The notes beneath the pieces were generated by a model. The model searched no databases. It was not told the DNA's origin and was given only the letters and a program-made list of their open reading frames with translations. Of a stretch of DNA of 64,000 bases, positions 12,643-26,353 are shown piece by piece. Within the stretch, counting starts at the first letter, position 1, and each line of letters opens with the position of its first letter. The DNA comes from Podarcis vaucheri (lineage: Eukaryota): assembly GCA_965113315.1 (NCBI GenBank), contig OZ220366.1, one strand, 5' to 3'. Both the position numbers and the translations under genes were made by a program.

Positions 12643-12898
12643 CTCCAAGATTGATTTCATCTTAGTGGGAGGGTAAACTCTTGGAGCTATTATGTATGCA
12701 TCATTTTCATACCATGCACTTTCTCTAATAGAAGTACAGGGCAGCCCTAATGATATAAAAATAAGACAAGAATGCCAGTGTTCCTAGCTAAAATCGTATC
12801 AAGTCCCATTAAACTATCTAACCTCAGCAGTAGCAGAAACAGAGTACTGCTGAGTGGGATGCATCTTATGTTAAAGATGAAACGGTCAAGGGTTTGCC

Positions 12899-13026
12899 CA
12901 GGTCTCTTTTTTTCAGCCAGAACTTAGTTCCGACACCTGTCAGGTGGGTGCCATTGCCATTCTATGAGAACAAGGGAGGTGTTCATGGTGAGTTCTGGCA
13001 CTTCTTTTTCTAGAGAAACAGCACTG
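12899..13026. mobile_element. hAT MITE
   Basis: cagg...cactg ends with perfect 8-bp TSD ggtttgcc. Confidence 0.75.
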
Positions 13027-13073
13027 GGTTTGCCACTACTTTAAGTGGCAGTTTGGCTGCCCCCAGCTTGCGC

Positions 13074-13506
13074 TGTGTTGAAATCTGCACCGTGCAAGGC
13101 TAAGGAAGACTTAAACACGTCGCAGAGTTCTGAAAAACAGACCAGAGGCAATTGTACTTCATCCAGCAGAGCTTTAGTGCTACTGAAGGCAAATGAGCAT
13201 AATGGTCACAAATCCAATATATTCAGGATTGGCACGGTCCATAAGAAATCCAGTTCCAGCAGACTTATCATAAACTAACTTACAAGAACTTATAATATAA
13301 CTAAACCTTAACACTATATACGGAACAGAACACCATGGCCGGAACAAAGAGATAGAACGAGAAAGTGAGCGAAACCGAGGCTCCTCCTGGCCTGACTATT
13401 ATAGTTAGCATGACCTTGACAGAAAGGATAACAGAACCAGTTTAAACCAGCTGTACTCAGCTTCCCAGAAGGAATAACCCAAACATCAGAAACCTTCCAC
13501 CACACA
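13074..13506 (-). mobile_element. Possible solo LTR
   Basis: About 430 bp with imperfect TG...CA inverted ends. TATA-like and decayed poly(A)-signal-like motifs occur in LTR order on the minus strand. No clean TSD found. Confidence 0.35.
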
Positions 13507-14418
13507 GACAAGCTTCCAGAACCCTCTTGAACTAATCAGAATAGGATAGATCTCTACACATCAGATCAATACTTTCTGTACTAAGAAATGCAAACTGACA
13601 ATCTGTCCTCCAGTTTATCAAAAAAACGTCCTTCCTATGATGCAGAAGAGGATTCCATTTTTCTGCCTTCTTTCTCAGAGCAACTGAGAACTTCTATAAA
13701 ATTTCTGGGGGTATAAATTTTTGAGCTTTCCTAATTGTTCCAAAGTGACCAAAGGGGGTGGGTGGGATCAAACCCCTGTATGCCAGCCATAAGAATGTTA
13801 CCATTTTCCCCTCTCCCTATCAATAATTTCCAAATGCAATTTCTTTTCTCTGCAATTGGTGGAGAACAGTCAATGAAGGAGAATTTTAACAGCATAGCAC
13901 TACCTTCAAAAACTCAGTGGCAACTCAGAATGCCCCATATAATTGATACTACAAAAACAAAAAAAGTTCCTGAATGACAAGTCCCCCTGTTGTCCACGGA
14001 GACAAAGAGCCCTGCAAGTGACATACATGATCCCAAAGTTCTCATCAAATAATTGCCTTCTATATGGGCATGCCAAGCAGTTCTCATTTCAAGCACTGTG
14101 GCTCACAGCGTGATAAAAGAAAACGCAAGTGGTGACTTGGGATCCATTTGGGCTGTCAAAATGCATAGCAAAGAGCAAGAGGTTCATGCTACAAAACATC
14201 AGTCACTGCAGAAGTAATAAGGATATCTAACTGACACAACATTTACAATGCAAGTTTAAACTTATGCCTTGGTGCAACTGGGATCTTTATAACAGCCATG
14301 TCATCCACGTTCACTAATACAGCTCATGACAGGACTCTCAAGCCCACAATAGTTGGGACATCTTAACTCAGGAAGACTATGACCACCATCTAGATTATAT
14401 TGGTTTTATGGGACTAGC

Positions 14419-14578
14419 CAATGCTTTTTTTTCCAAAAAAAATGTTTAGGGGTGCTCTCATTTTGACTCGAGAAAGTCACCATTTTATAGTTCAAATTGG
14501 GAAAAATAAATACAGTAAATGGACAAAAGTACAAAGATTCACAAAATGTTTAGGGGTATGCCTATTCCTGCATCCCCC
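14419..14578 (+). mobile_element. Truncated hAT-like MITE
   Basis: Starts caatgcttttttt and has internal repeats aatgtttaggggt. The right end is lost at the junction with the L1-like fragment. Confidence 0.45.
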
Positions 14579-14720
14579 CTCTTGCTCTTTCTGTTCTGTC
14601 TCCTGCCCAATCTGAATGCTGTTGTTATCTTGAATTCTTCCTCCTGCAGATCTTCCTGCCAAAAGTCAGAAAACTCTTGTGTAAGGAACTCCACAAGACT
14701 GGTGATATACTCTTCTTGCA
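14578..14720 (-). mobile_element. Probable L1 ORF1p fragment
   Basis: Peptide SLVEFLTQEFSDFWQEDLQEEEFKITTAFRLGRRQNRKSKR resembles the RRM region (I-x-x-A-F/H-R-L-G plus basic patch) of vertebrate L1 ORF1p. Confidence 0.5.
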
Positions 14721-16719
14721 TACTGAGAAATGCTCCATCAGCTCTGAAGTCATGAAGACACTGGAGGTGTACAGCTTGCACATAGCCTTCTGCTAACAAT
14801 CTCATTGCCAGGGCCACCCACACATCTTTTGGGGCCTTTTGGGCAGTATCTTTGAAATTGCATATTTATTGCATAATGAATATATGAGTTACTGAGACTC
14901 GCCGGTGGCAGAATGTTGTTGCACCCATATCTAACATATAGGCTTCCCACAGGCATTTGCTTGGCCACAGTGATTAACATGACTCAACATGTTAATCCAT
15001 GTGCAGAGCACTCTGAATATGTTCTGCTCTGTTCTTGCATTTTCCCTTTTTGAGAACTGAAGACATGATCAGCAATTTCTAACTAGGGTGCAGATATGGA
15101 GGGTAAAATAGTAGGACTTATTCCAGTTCTTGTAATCCATGGGTGATTCTTAAACTCTACAGCTCATATTGTTTAGAAGACAAATTCTAAAAAGTTCACT
15201 GCAGATGTGTACATATCATCAGTTTTGATGTGGACACACTGTGATATAGAAATGCTGTTGGACAACTATAATTAAACAAAATGAGTGGAGTGTAATGGGT
15301 CCAACAGTTTAAAAGGACACTTTTAAAGCTTTTCAAACACTTACATGTATGAATGGGCCATCATAGACCTAACACCCCAGACAGAACCTTCATTCCGACA
15401 CAAATGCAGTACAATACAGTTAGGATGCACAGTCATTTTAAATGTGCATTTAAAAAGAAACGAATGAGCTCCATTTATTCCATTTTTCTTTTTGCAATGA
15501 AAACAAATGGAAAAGTGAAAATGAATGGAAAACACACACAAGTGAAATCCCATTCATTTGTTTTTTTTCCAGTTGCTGTCCATTGGAGTCTCTGTTTCTG
15601 CACTAGAAACATACTCTGGAGCAGAGTGTACAGTTCACAAAACACTCGGCTTTAAAGTGTTCTGTGTACACTGTGTTCCAGACAGTGCCTCCAATGCAAA
15701 GCAATTGCAAAGGTCAGAAAGAAGGGGAAGAGAGAACTCCACAAAACTGAAAGATTGGGAAAGCATTTAGTTGACATAGCAGTTACCCTGTGTCAGGGTA
15801 CCTTTTGTTCATTACCTATAAAATGAGTAACCTTAGTCCTATTGATCTGCAAATTGGCAGGTCTGAATTTCATGCCCACAGAATGTAAAACATAGGAATT
15901 ACAAGCAGGAGAATTCCATCTGAGCATCTGACTAAAAGCAATACGATTATAGGATGCACACCTTTCCAAACTGCCTATAAAATGGGGACTCTTTGATCAC
16001 ACAGTTTGAAAAACTGGGCATAACTGCTATACTAGAGTTAGCTGATATTGAGACAAAATGCACACACGTATTGCATTACAGCCAGACTTGGGCTGTAAAA
16101 ACCCAGCCACCTCTGTGCAGACCAATGCTTATAAAAACACCACTGATTCTTTGTGAAAGAGACAGCAGTGTAACCTCGAATCAATTGACATAAAGGTGAG
16201 TGCTGGACTGGGATTTGTGCAAAACTCCCATGCCAGCATTCTTGTATAAATGAATGCCTTCCATAGGTATTAGTACCCATTTTTATTTGCATCCCCTCTA
16301 GCAATATGTTGTTCATTTGATGTACTCTCAGTGAGGTCTAATGTCATTGGCACACCAGTTTAAACATAGCTTATTGTATCATAGCAAAGGTGGCCCTGAT
16401 TGGAGCTGGCCCACCCAGAAGACACCATTAACAAGGTGACTTGAGTCAGATCTGAGTCTCTCTAAAGTCCTGGGTCACTCTGTGGACTTGGGTGTCCCAA
16501 AACACAGCATTTTAAAACCAACAACTGCTATGCCTGCTTGTCTTTTTTATCATTTATTTGTATTGTCTTTATGGATCTTATTTTTTATTGAATTTCTATA
16601 TATGGTTGTACACCACCTTGGCGTTTTATATTAATGTGTGAAGCAGGCATATTTTTATAACAAATAATAATTAAAACAAAAACACTGCTGACAAGGGAAA
16701 CACCCTGAGCTTGGATAGG

Positions 16720-17099
16720 GTAAAAAATGGGTAAAGGACTCCTGGACGGTTGAGTCCAGTCAAAGGTGACTATGAGGTTGCGGTGCTCATCTCCCTTTCA
16801 GGCCGAAGGAGCTGGTGTTTGTCCACAGACAGCTTTCCGGGTCATGTGGCCAACATGACTAAACCGCTTCTGGTGCAACAGAACACCGTGACAGAAACCA
16901 GAGCACACAAAAATGCCGTTTACCTTCCCACCACAGCAGTACCTATTTATCTACTTGCACTGGCATGCTTTTGAACTGCTAGCTTAGCAGGAGCTGGGAC
17001 AGAGCAATAGCAGCTCAGCCTGTGTGGGGATTAGAACCGCCGACCTTCTGATCAGTAAGCCCAAGAGACTCAGTGGTTTAGACCACAGCGCCACGTCCC
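16720..17099 (-). mobile_element. Sauria SINE (Squam1), full length
   Basis: Reverse complement has head gggacgtggcgctgtggtctaaaccactgag, a B box, the core ctggccacatgacccgg region and an acctttac-like tail. Imperfect TSD gcttggRtagg. Confidence 0.9.
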
Positions 17100-20000
17100 A
17101 CTGCTTGGGTAGGAGCGGGATATTGAAGAGGGAGGATCTTTCAATTTGGTAGACATGTTTAGATTCTAATCGCAGTGAATTGTTTCCTATGGCACTCCAA
17201 AAACAATGAGCCAGGGGAGGGATATTTGCTTTTCATGTGGATCAAGGGTGTTTTCCTCACACCATCACTCCATTGCATATCAATAGAAAGAGAGAATAGG
17301 CTGTATCCTCCAAAATCCATTGTGGGGAGCAGAACAACCATCACCCTTGGAACAGCAGGGCCCTTGCTGATATGTGCATGTGTGTGACATTTTCCCCACC
17401 TTAGTCTTTCCTGGTGATCCATGGGTTTCCCCCCACCACAACCTCTTATGCTATAAAAGTCCATTATGATCTCTCTTTTTCCCAAAGTAATCTGTACCCC
17501 CAAGATTTGTGGTAGTAGGCAGACTTGCACCCCAAGCCAATGCCCCTTGGCTTCTTTCTCACGATGAGTGTGACATATTACCCACCATGTTCATTCCTCG
17601 GATCTATGCTCTTTTTTCACCACCATACCTAGAACCCGTATGATTTCTATTGTAACCCCCCCCAAAAAAAAGTCTGCCCTCCAACAACAAAAAATTAACT
17701 ATCATTCTGCAATTTGCCAGGCCTTGTTCTTTTAGAAATTGCATCCAATTCTGGCAGAAAATAAAATAGAACTTTTCAAAACAAACAAACTTTAGTGACA
17801 CCCTGTACAAAATCTCATAGATGCATCTCCTTACAATTTGACAGGCTTCATCCACTGTGAATGAGCTCCTGTACCTTCAAATTGCCACAAACCCTTTCCC
17901 TTTTTCACACAAGTAGATGTGAAAAGCTACCAGTAGAAGTTGAATCTCGGTGCACACCCCTATCATTTGCCTGTGTTATATTTCACGGCCTTTCTCCCAT
18001 CTCAATCTCAGAAACAGACCTAGGCAATTAAGAACATTTAATTATCTGAAATGTTTTTGTTTTGCCTTGTTTCAAAATTAGAGACAGACCATAAGTTCTG
18101 TTCCAATAAGATCTTCATGTACAGTTTTGATAGCATTTTCAAATGTCTGGACACACTGCATCTGTTGTTTACTGGATCACTTAACAGCAGTAAATATAAA
18201 TTCAAAGTCTATCTGAAATAATTAGCATGTGTTGAAGCTTAGCATTAAGCAAAAATGCCATAATACTTGTATAGCAGAGAAGGAGTAGCAGGGAAGCTGG
18301 AGTTTCCCAGTTCCAATTTAGCTACATTGTCATTGTACACCTTTCCTTTTCTGTTTCTCCCTCAGCTGTTTTTATGAACTTTGCCTCTCCCTGTTGAAAT
18401 GAACAAGGGAAGCTTCCCAGCTGAGGAAACCTGTGCATAGTTGCCAACTCCTAGGGGCCGAGAAATATTTGAGAGGGCTGCCCCCCCCATGGGCATTGCC
18501 ATTTAAATGGAGTTCATGCACCACATCATGTGACTAATTATGTGGGGACGGGCTTTCCTCCCCTCCTAATATTTTAGTCAAGTTGGCACTCCTGACTCTA
18601 TGCATATATTCCAGAGTAAGAGTACATATTTTGTACTCTTATATATAAACAACAACAAATACAATGAAATAAATGAATGAATAATATATTGCTGCTCAGA
18701 ACAAGTGAGTGGATCAGATTATTATTGCTCAGTCCTATTACTTTGAGTTTATGGTTTACAGTCACCTTGCAAACCAAAATTAGAAAGCAGGTTTCCAGTC
18801 CTGGTTTGCAGGTGAGCACAAGCCATACTATGGTCTGTCCCAAAACAGGAAAGGAATTGCTACACACAAGGTAGAGAATAAGAAGGATATGAGCCCAAAG
18901 ATCTTTGAAAACCTATTCTTCTAGAATCAAGTTTGGTGTTACATCTGAAACAGTCCACTAGGTACACTGAAAGATGCTATAGAAATGATGAATGAAAATG
19001 CAGGCATTGTGAGAAGAATGGAACCATTTTTCAATGGTGCAGCTAGGCCCCATCTTTGGGGCTGAAGCCCAGGGTGCCACTGCCCAGGAATATTCACCAA
19101 AACAAATGATGGGGACCATGGCAGACAGGCCACACATTGTCACCAAGTCAACATGGGAATGCCAGGACCACCAAGGCTGATGCTAGTCACCATATATTTT
19201 TTTAAAAAAACAACATTTTATAGCTAGAGTGGTGGCATGGAATGCATGTGGTTGCAGATGGTCATTTTATTCTTTTTACTGCTATTTTATAATAAGGATG
19301 CTTATTCCCAGATAAAGGTGTTTGGTACAAGGCCAGCAGAATCCATCTTATTCCTGTCATCATGATGGTGCAATGGTTTCAGTGAGTTTAAAATATGAAA
19401 CTGCACATACCCATTATGCTTCTTTTTTCATCTGGGTTGGCAAATTGTGGTGTGGTGGGTTTTTTGCTGCTCTAATGTATCAGCAGCATGGAAGCGGCTG
19501 CCAAAGATGGAATGGCATTTGTGGAGGTGGTGGGGGAAAGAGAAATGTTAAACATGTGTTTCACCAATGAAGTAGTACACATGACCATCTAAAGGGAACA
19601 AGTTCCACAAGACCATTAAGTCCAGGGTCTAAAATTACCACACTGCGCTACTTCAGCTGTTACTGTGAAAGGGACAAGATTAAAATATATTGATACTCTC
19701 TGCAAAACATGTTAAAGTCTTCTGCCTCTTTTCTTAGATGGAAAATGCTATTAAGATGTTAAATGTAGCAGTGTTTCATTTTTAATAGTTCATAAATGGA
19801 GCTTTTGCTTTTCTTCTTTTAATCGTTGTTTACTTGGCCTGTCTGTGAATCATGGACTCCTTTCATTTGCTACATGCTGAATTTTCTTTTTAACGATTTG
19901 TATTGTTTTGGGAAACAAAGAAACAATGAAATGGGCATTTTATTCAATTAACTGTGACTTGATCAAAAAGACTCCCACAAACTCTCGTTTTTGTTTATTT

Positions 20001-21490
20001 CATGTGGGTTTGAAATATGTCTGTGGTGTTCATTTGGACTTCAGACATTTTAAAGGGAAAGCTTTGCTTTGTAGAAAAAAAATGAGATATACATTTAAAA
20101 AACTCTCACAATGTTGGAGCTTATCAGATAACACATCACTAATTTGTGCAACTCACTTCAAAAACTATTAGATATATGTATGGGGGATAATTCAGCTATG
20201 ATGACAAACTTCTGTGTTGAAAAGTAGCCCTTTGGATGCCAGTTGCTAGAGGGCAAAGGAGTACTGATGAATTTATGTTATGCTCATAGACATCCCAGAG
20301 ACATCTGGAAGAGGCAGATTATAATTATTATTGAGTGAGGCCACCACAAAAAACAGGATGTTGGAGTAGATAGACTTTTGATGTGATCCAGCAGATTTTT
20401 TCTCCTGTTGGTCTGGATGCCCATATTTCTATGTTAACTCTTCAGAAGGGTGGCAGGATACAAATACAATATGTAATTCACCTTATTCAACTAAAAGGTA
20501 GGGAAACCCAAAGACCTACTGTTTTTGGAACATACAGCATCTACACATCCCGTTTCTAACATAAATGGCACCCACTGCTCCAAGTCACTAATTGTATTCA
20601 CTCCAAAAGAAAGCAAGTCCACTAATGATACCATTAACATTTAACCTATTCTATTTCCTGAAAACAAACAGTAAGTGGATACATATAATTTTCTAAAATA
20701 TAAAATTCTCCAGAGGCTATTGTAAGGAAGAGAAAGAGAATAAAACCTATCCATTCTGTTAATTAAACATTCAAAGAAACTCAGGTTGCTATATAATCTT
20801 ATACAAATCACAAGTGTCTATCCATGTGTTTAATTGCCATGCTTTCCTCCTTTTTTTCCGGAGCAGTTTTTCTCCTGACCTTTTCATGCTGCTTCTGCGT
20901 TCCATGTAATTTTGATTAAGAAATGTTTAATTGCTAAAATAATAACTGCTGCTTTTTAATCCTTTGCAAGTCAACTCTTCTTTCTCTGTTGTAATTCCCA
21001 GTGAATGCAGGAAGGTTTTCTTTAAGGTGGCATTGTTCCTGTACAGGCTTATGGGAGAATTTCCTTGTAATCATGGGTCATAGTTGATTTCAATATCAGT
21101 TCCATCCCAGGACCTGGCAAAGCAGCATCACAGTCTCACATCATTAGAAAATATTCCCCGCACCAGGTTTCATGAAGCATTTCATGAAGATTTTATAGTA
21201 ATCAGCACTAAAGAAGTCAACCTTATCTTTCTGTTGCATTAATTTTAATCTACAGGAGTGATTGTCATGTTGTGGGTTACCAGGCTGTCACTGGAATAGT
21301 AGCAGCAATGAATGAGAACCAATTGTGATAGCCAGGTTGCACAATGGAAATCGGGTTGTACAATGGGGTCTCTGGTCTCTCTCTTCCCTCTACAGCTCTA
21401 CCTGTGTGCCCCCAAAATAGGGCCCACAAAGGCTACAGCTAAGGAAAAAATGGGGGGGAGCCTCACTACATGGGCAGGTGCCTCTTGCAG

Positions 21491-21491
<1 letters not shown>

Positions 21492-21533
<42 letters not shown>

Positions 21534-22045
21534 TTATTTATTAAACATGTACACCACCCTATACCCAGAGGTCTGAGGGCAGTTCACAACAAGACTACAA
21601 CATATAAAATCAAACCAAAAGCAATAACCCAATAAACTCCCCTCCCAAAAATCCACATTCTAAAAGGATGTCAATAAGGTCAACCAAAGGCCTGGTCAAA
21701 AAGGAATGTTTTTGCCTGGCGCCTAAAGGTATAGAATGAAAGCTCCAGGCAAACTTCCCTGAGGAGAGCATTCCATAGATGGGGAGCTACTGCAGAGAAG
21801 GCCTGTTCTCGTGTTGCCACCCTCTGAACCTCTCAAGGAGGAGGCACACAAAGGAGGCCCTTAGAAGGTGATCTCAGGGACCGGGTAGGTTCATACGGGA
21901 AGAGGCAGTCCTTGAGGTAATGTGCTCCTAAGCCATTTAAGGCTTTGTAGGTCAAAACCTTTGAATTGGGCCTGAAAACTAATTGGTAGCCAGTGCAGTT
22001 GGACAAGGATCGGTGTAATATGCTCAAACCGTCTACATTTGATCT
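21492..22045 (-). mobile_element. L2 LINE 3' fragment with (ATT)n tail
   Basis: Peptides EHITPILVQLHWLPISFQAQFK and LTYKALNGLGAHYLKDCL (L2 ORF2 C-terminus, frameshifted). (ATT)13 at 21492-21530. Confidence 0.9.
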
Positions 22046-23066
22046 CACCCAGTGCTTTAAAATGCAAAATCTGCATATGCAGGAATGCATTCTCTCACAT
22101 GACAGCTAATGGAGGGCTTCCACTCTCTGCAGTGGCTTTTGCTTGTGTGCAGAATAAAGTGTAGAAAAATTTTCCATGGTTTCAGCTGAAGTAGTAAGAG
22201 GAGAATTAGGGCTTCTGATCTGCAGAAGAAAGAAGCAAAATGATACTCTATTTATAAAACTGCCATTCTGTTTTAGTTAATATAAAACATCTGAACACTC
22301 TGCCAGCTCTGCCGGCTTTCTGTTTGCAAAGAGGTTGTTGTTTATGCAAAGGAGCATTTAAAGCTGGAGTCCCCCCCCACCTGCAGTCTGAAGTGGTGCA
22401 GATCTTTCTAACACCTCATTGGCCTACAAGCATCGATCAGTCCTGATTGATGCTCTCATTACAGGAAAAACACATGATCTGGTGAGTGAAAAATGAAAAG
22501 GCTGCTGAACCGTTTTAGAGATGGACCTCCTCAACCATGGAAAAACGGGTGAGAGGAAGCAGCACCGCACTCTCCCCCTAACATAGTAGCAGGAACATTA
22601 AGTGTTGGGAAGGAAATAATATCACACAGGGGGAAATCCATTTTGCCTTTGACTAATGTAATTATGTGATCCCTTGAGAAATGATTAGCATCCCTTAATT
22701 TATATCTTAGAAACACATTTTCATAATGTGTTGCTGTTGCATTGTATTTAGTGCATCTAGTTTATGTCTCGAGGGTGGCACACATTCTGCTTGCCTGCCA
22801 ATGAGTTAATAGAAAATTGAGTATGTACTGGGAAGGCACTGGGCTGATGATGTCCAAAATAACATTACTTTAATGGTATGTGATTCAAAGTGAGAGTATT
22901 ATATGTTCCCCAAAGTTAACTTTGCATCAGAGTTTACAGAAAATAGCAGTCAAGCATCCCACCCACCCCCCACCAGCGGTTGTATTAGTGGGTTTGTTGT
23001 CTTACAACAATGGGTCCCTAATGTTATACTGTGTGAGGAGAAGAGGATGCTCTTTCTTCTGTTTCT

Positions 23067-23321
23067 GAGAGCCAGTGTGGTGTAGTGGTTAAGAGCGATA
23101 GACTCGTAATCTGGGGAACCGGGTTCACATCTCTGCTCCTCCCCATGCAGCTGCTGGGTGACCTTGGGCCAGTCAGACTTCTTTGAAATCTCTCAGCCCC
23201 ACTCACCTCACAGAGTGTTTGTTGTGGGGGAGGAAGGGAAAGGAGAATGTTAGCCGCTTTGAGACTCCTTCGGGTAGTGATAAAGCGGGATATCAAATCC
23301 AAACTCTTCTTCTTCTTCTTC
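23067..23321 (+). mobile_element. Squam3-type tRNA/CORE SINE with (CTT)n tail
   Basis: Head gccagtgtggtgtagtggttaagagc, MIR-like core gggtgaccttgggccagtca and CTT tail. ttcttctgttt is repeated on both sides. Confidence 0.85.
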
Positions 23322-24124
23322 TGTTTATGCAGTCCTTCCCCGCGACATAGTCTGAAAATGGCCTGCCGCATCCTGCCATGTGAACCATGGCAGAAAGTTG
23401 AAACCACAAAGGAAAATTGTAGCGCATATAAACATAAGATGGAGAAACAGCCAACATCTTTGCACTGCTGCTGTGCAGGTGGTACTCACTGTGTTGCTGA
23501 GATGGTATAATGCTCAAGTAGACAATACTGAGCTAGGTGAACAAATAAGTTGACCTCATAGAGTAGTTTCTTATGTTCCTAATAGCGCATTGACAAGCTT
23601 GTTTTCTGTGTGCAGGGGATTTTATCTATGGCGGGGTATTTGAATCTGTAGCCTGAAGTGGAACACTCCAGGAAAAGCCTCACTACTTGCTTATGCTTTG
23701 TAAACACTGCATTTAGAAGAGTAATCATAGAAATGTCTGAAAATGTCAAGTCTCATTTGCATGCAGCATTTTTATGACTCTTCATACCCATCAGGCTAAT
23801 GAGTGCACAAATGGCAACTGAGGGAGGGGGGAATTTAGGGGGTGTATTTATTTATTTATGTATTTATTTGCTTCTTGTCAAAGACTACCGATGCATCAGA
23901 TGAAATCTGCCATGTAAAAACCATGTGTGCACAGGGTGTTGAGATTCCAAAGACTGTTATCTATTAAGGAGGTAGAAGACTCATTATTATTAGCTAGAAT
24001 TTGTAACTCACTCTTCTTTTCTAAAGAAAGCTGTAAGCCATTAACAATATATGCCAGTCTGAGTAAACTATAACAACAATACCTCCTAACAAACAGTATA
24101 ACAGTATAAGCAAAAAGCTATTAC

Positions 24125-24126
<2 letters not shown>

Positions 24127-24175
<49 letters not shown>
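24127..24175. repeat. (TAT)n microsatellite
   Basis: About 16 perfect units. Confidence 0.95.
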
Positions 24176-24421
24176 TAAAAACAGAAAACAACCATAAAAG
24201 AAATGTGAACATGGCAACAGTTTCAAATTCGAATCCAGCCATGACAAATGTAAATACAAGTGACAGGTTAGTTGTAAAACTACCATTATATTTCCCACTC
24301 AGAAAAGTGGGAAATATAAGCACAAGAAAAGTTAGTTCCCTTAAGTCCACAGAAGCAGAGAGAAAGGAATATGGAAGTCTTGGTTTTTTTAATTTAAAAA
24401 AATGATTAGGTACCTCCCAGC

Positions 24422-24828
24422 AAGTGAAAGCTGGACCATAAAGAAGGCTGATCGCCGAAGAATTGATGCTTTTGAATTATGGTGCTGGAGGAAACTCTTG
24501 AGAGTTCCATGGACTGCAAGAAGATCAAACCTATCCATTCTGAAGGAAATCAGCCCTGAGTGCTCACTGGAAGGACAGATCCTGAAGCTGAGGCTCCAAT
24601 ACTTTGGCCACCTCATGAGAAGAGAAGACTCCCTGGAAAAGACCCTGATGTTGGGAAAGATGGATGGCACAAGGAGAAGGGGATGACAGGGGACGAGATG
24701 GTTGGATAGTGCTCTCGAAGCCACAAACATAAGTCTGACCAAACTGCGGGAGGCAGTGGAAGACAGGAGTGCCTGGCGTGCTCTGGTCCATGGGGTCATG
24801 AAGAGTCGGACACGACTAAATGACTAAA
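24422..24828 (+). mobile_element. Bov-B (RTE) LINE 3' fragment
   Basis: Peptide ESWTIKKADRRRIDAFELWCWRKLLRVPWTARRSN...LEKTLMLGK and the gagtcggacacgact 3' end. Confidence 0.95.
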
Positions 24829-26353
24829 GGGAGAGTGGGTCACCTGATGTTACTGTGATGTCAGGTGACTGACAGGTGGGCGGTCTCCGTTCTTCACCCT
24901 TGGTCTAGAAGCTTCGAGGCATTCATGGAGTGGGGAGGGCAGGGTCACCGAACCACATGCAAAAGTGACTGAGCATCAGGGCTGGCCCTATTCTTTTCAG
25001 TGCCAGACTACTCCATGTATATACTGAAGATGTGCAAAGCATTTTACAACACAGGAAAAGCACTTCTGGCATACTGGCGTCACATGTAACTTGGGGTCAT
25101 AGCCACAGATTATTCTTTCCCTACCACAATTCGGTAGCATTCCTAGATCTCTCCAACCTCACTATCCCTGGTTTTCTTCAGAGATTTATAGCACTCCCAT
25201 TTTCTTAAAAGATTCACAATGATTTATTCTCCAAGTCAGTAACAGTGTCATCATTACTCAACCATCCAACTGTGCTGCATGTTACGTTAATAAATCATCA
25301 AACTCGAAAATCAATACCTCAATGAATTGCAGCAAATTAAAAGCGTTCCTATTCGATGGTTCCACCTGTATAGTTGGAGCTTTCGCTGTCTGAGTTCATA
25401 AAACTTCCACCGGCTAGTTAGGTCACCACCGTTCTAAGCAGCTCTGAAGAATCAATGTCAGACAAATATTGTCAGTTGATTATTCCTCCCCACACACACA
25501 CACACACTCTGCATTAAACTGTCAGCATGTCTCCAGTATATTACTGTGATACTTGCTTCCTCTGTGGTGTCTTCAATCACTTTCTTTTATTGCAGGGTAT
25601 CCACCCAAGCCCCCCCCCCCGACCCATGTCTCCATTTTCTTGTGGTTCAAGGGACATCCCAGTCCCATTTTAAATCTCCTTTTCAGTTTAAGATATATAT
25701 GTAAAACAAGCATTTCAATACCCCAACCGCCCCATATTTCATTCTGATCGTTGCCTCTGCTCTCCAAAGGCAACGGAACTAAACTACTTGTAGAATTTTT
25801 TACGAGTGATTTGTGCCAGGGCAATTAAATTCCAAGGCTTGATTTACTGATGTCATTTTTTTGCTCACCCTACATTCATCTGCTTAATTTAGCTAGATCA
25901 ACATATAGAAGTCTGAATTGATGAGACACCACTACAGAAGCTGAAATAAGTCTTGCCTGTGAAGGACAATTTTATCCAATGCACACACGCACACATATAC
26001 ACACATCAGTATGGAGAGAAGTAAATCTGCAGACAAGCCTACTGATGCCTAGTCTCTCATCCATAGAAGAATGCCAAGTCTAGCATTAAGTCTAATGGCA
26101 GACAAATTACTGAAACTGGAGTGAAGATAACAGTAGATTACCTCTCTGAAATCACAATGGAATATTTTCTTTTGTTCCCTCCTTCTTAGCATCATAAGAA
26201 TTCATTGGCAGAAACCACCAGAAGTTTTTATTGCTTAGTCATAGATCAGGCGAGCTAAAGGTGTTAGGTAAAGAATTGTTAATTAGGTCTATCAATTATA
26301 ATTTCCTGTATTTGGTTACATATGCCTTTCTGGTTATACAGTGCAGAGCATAT

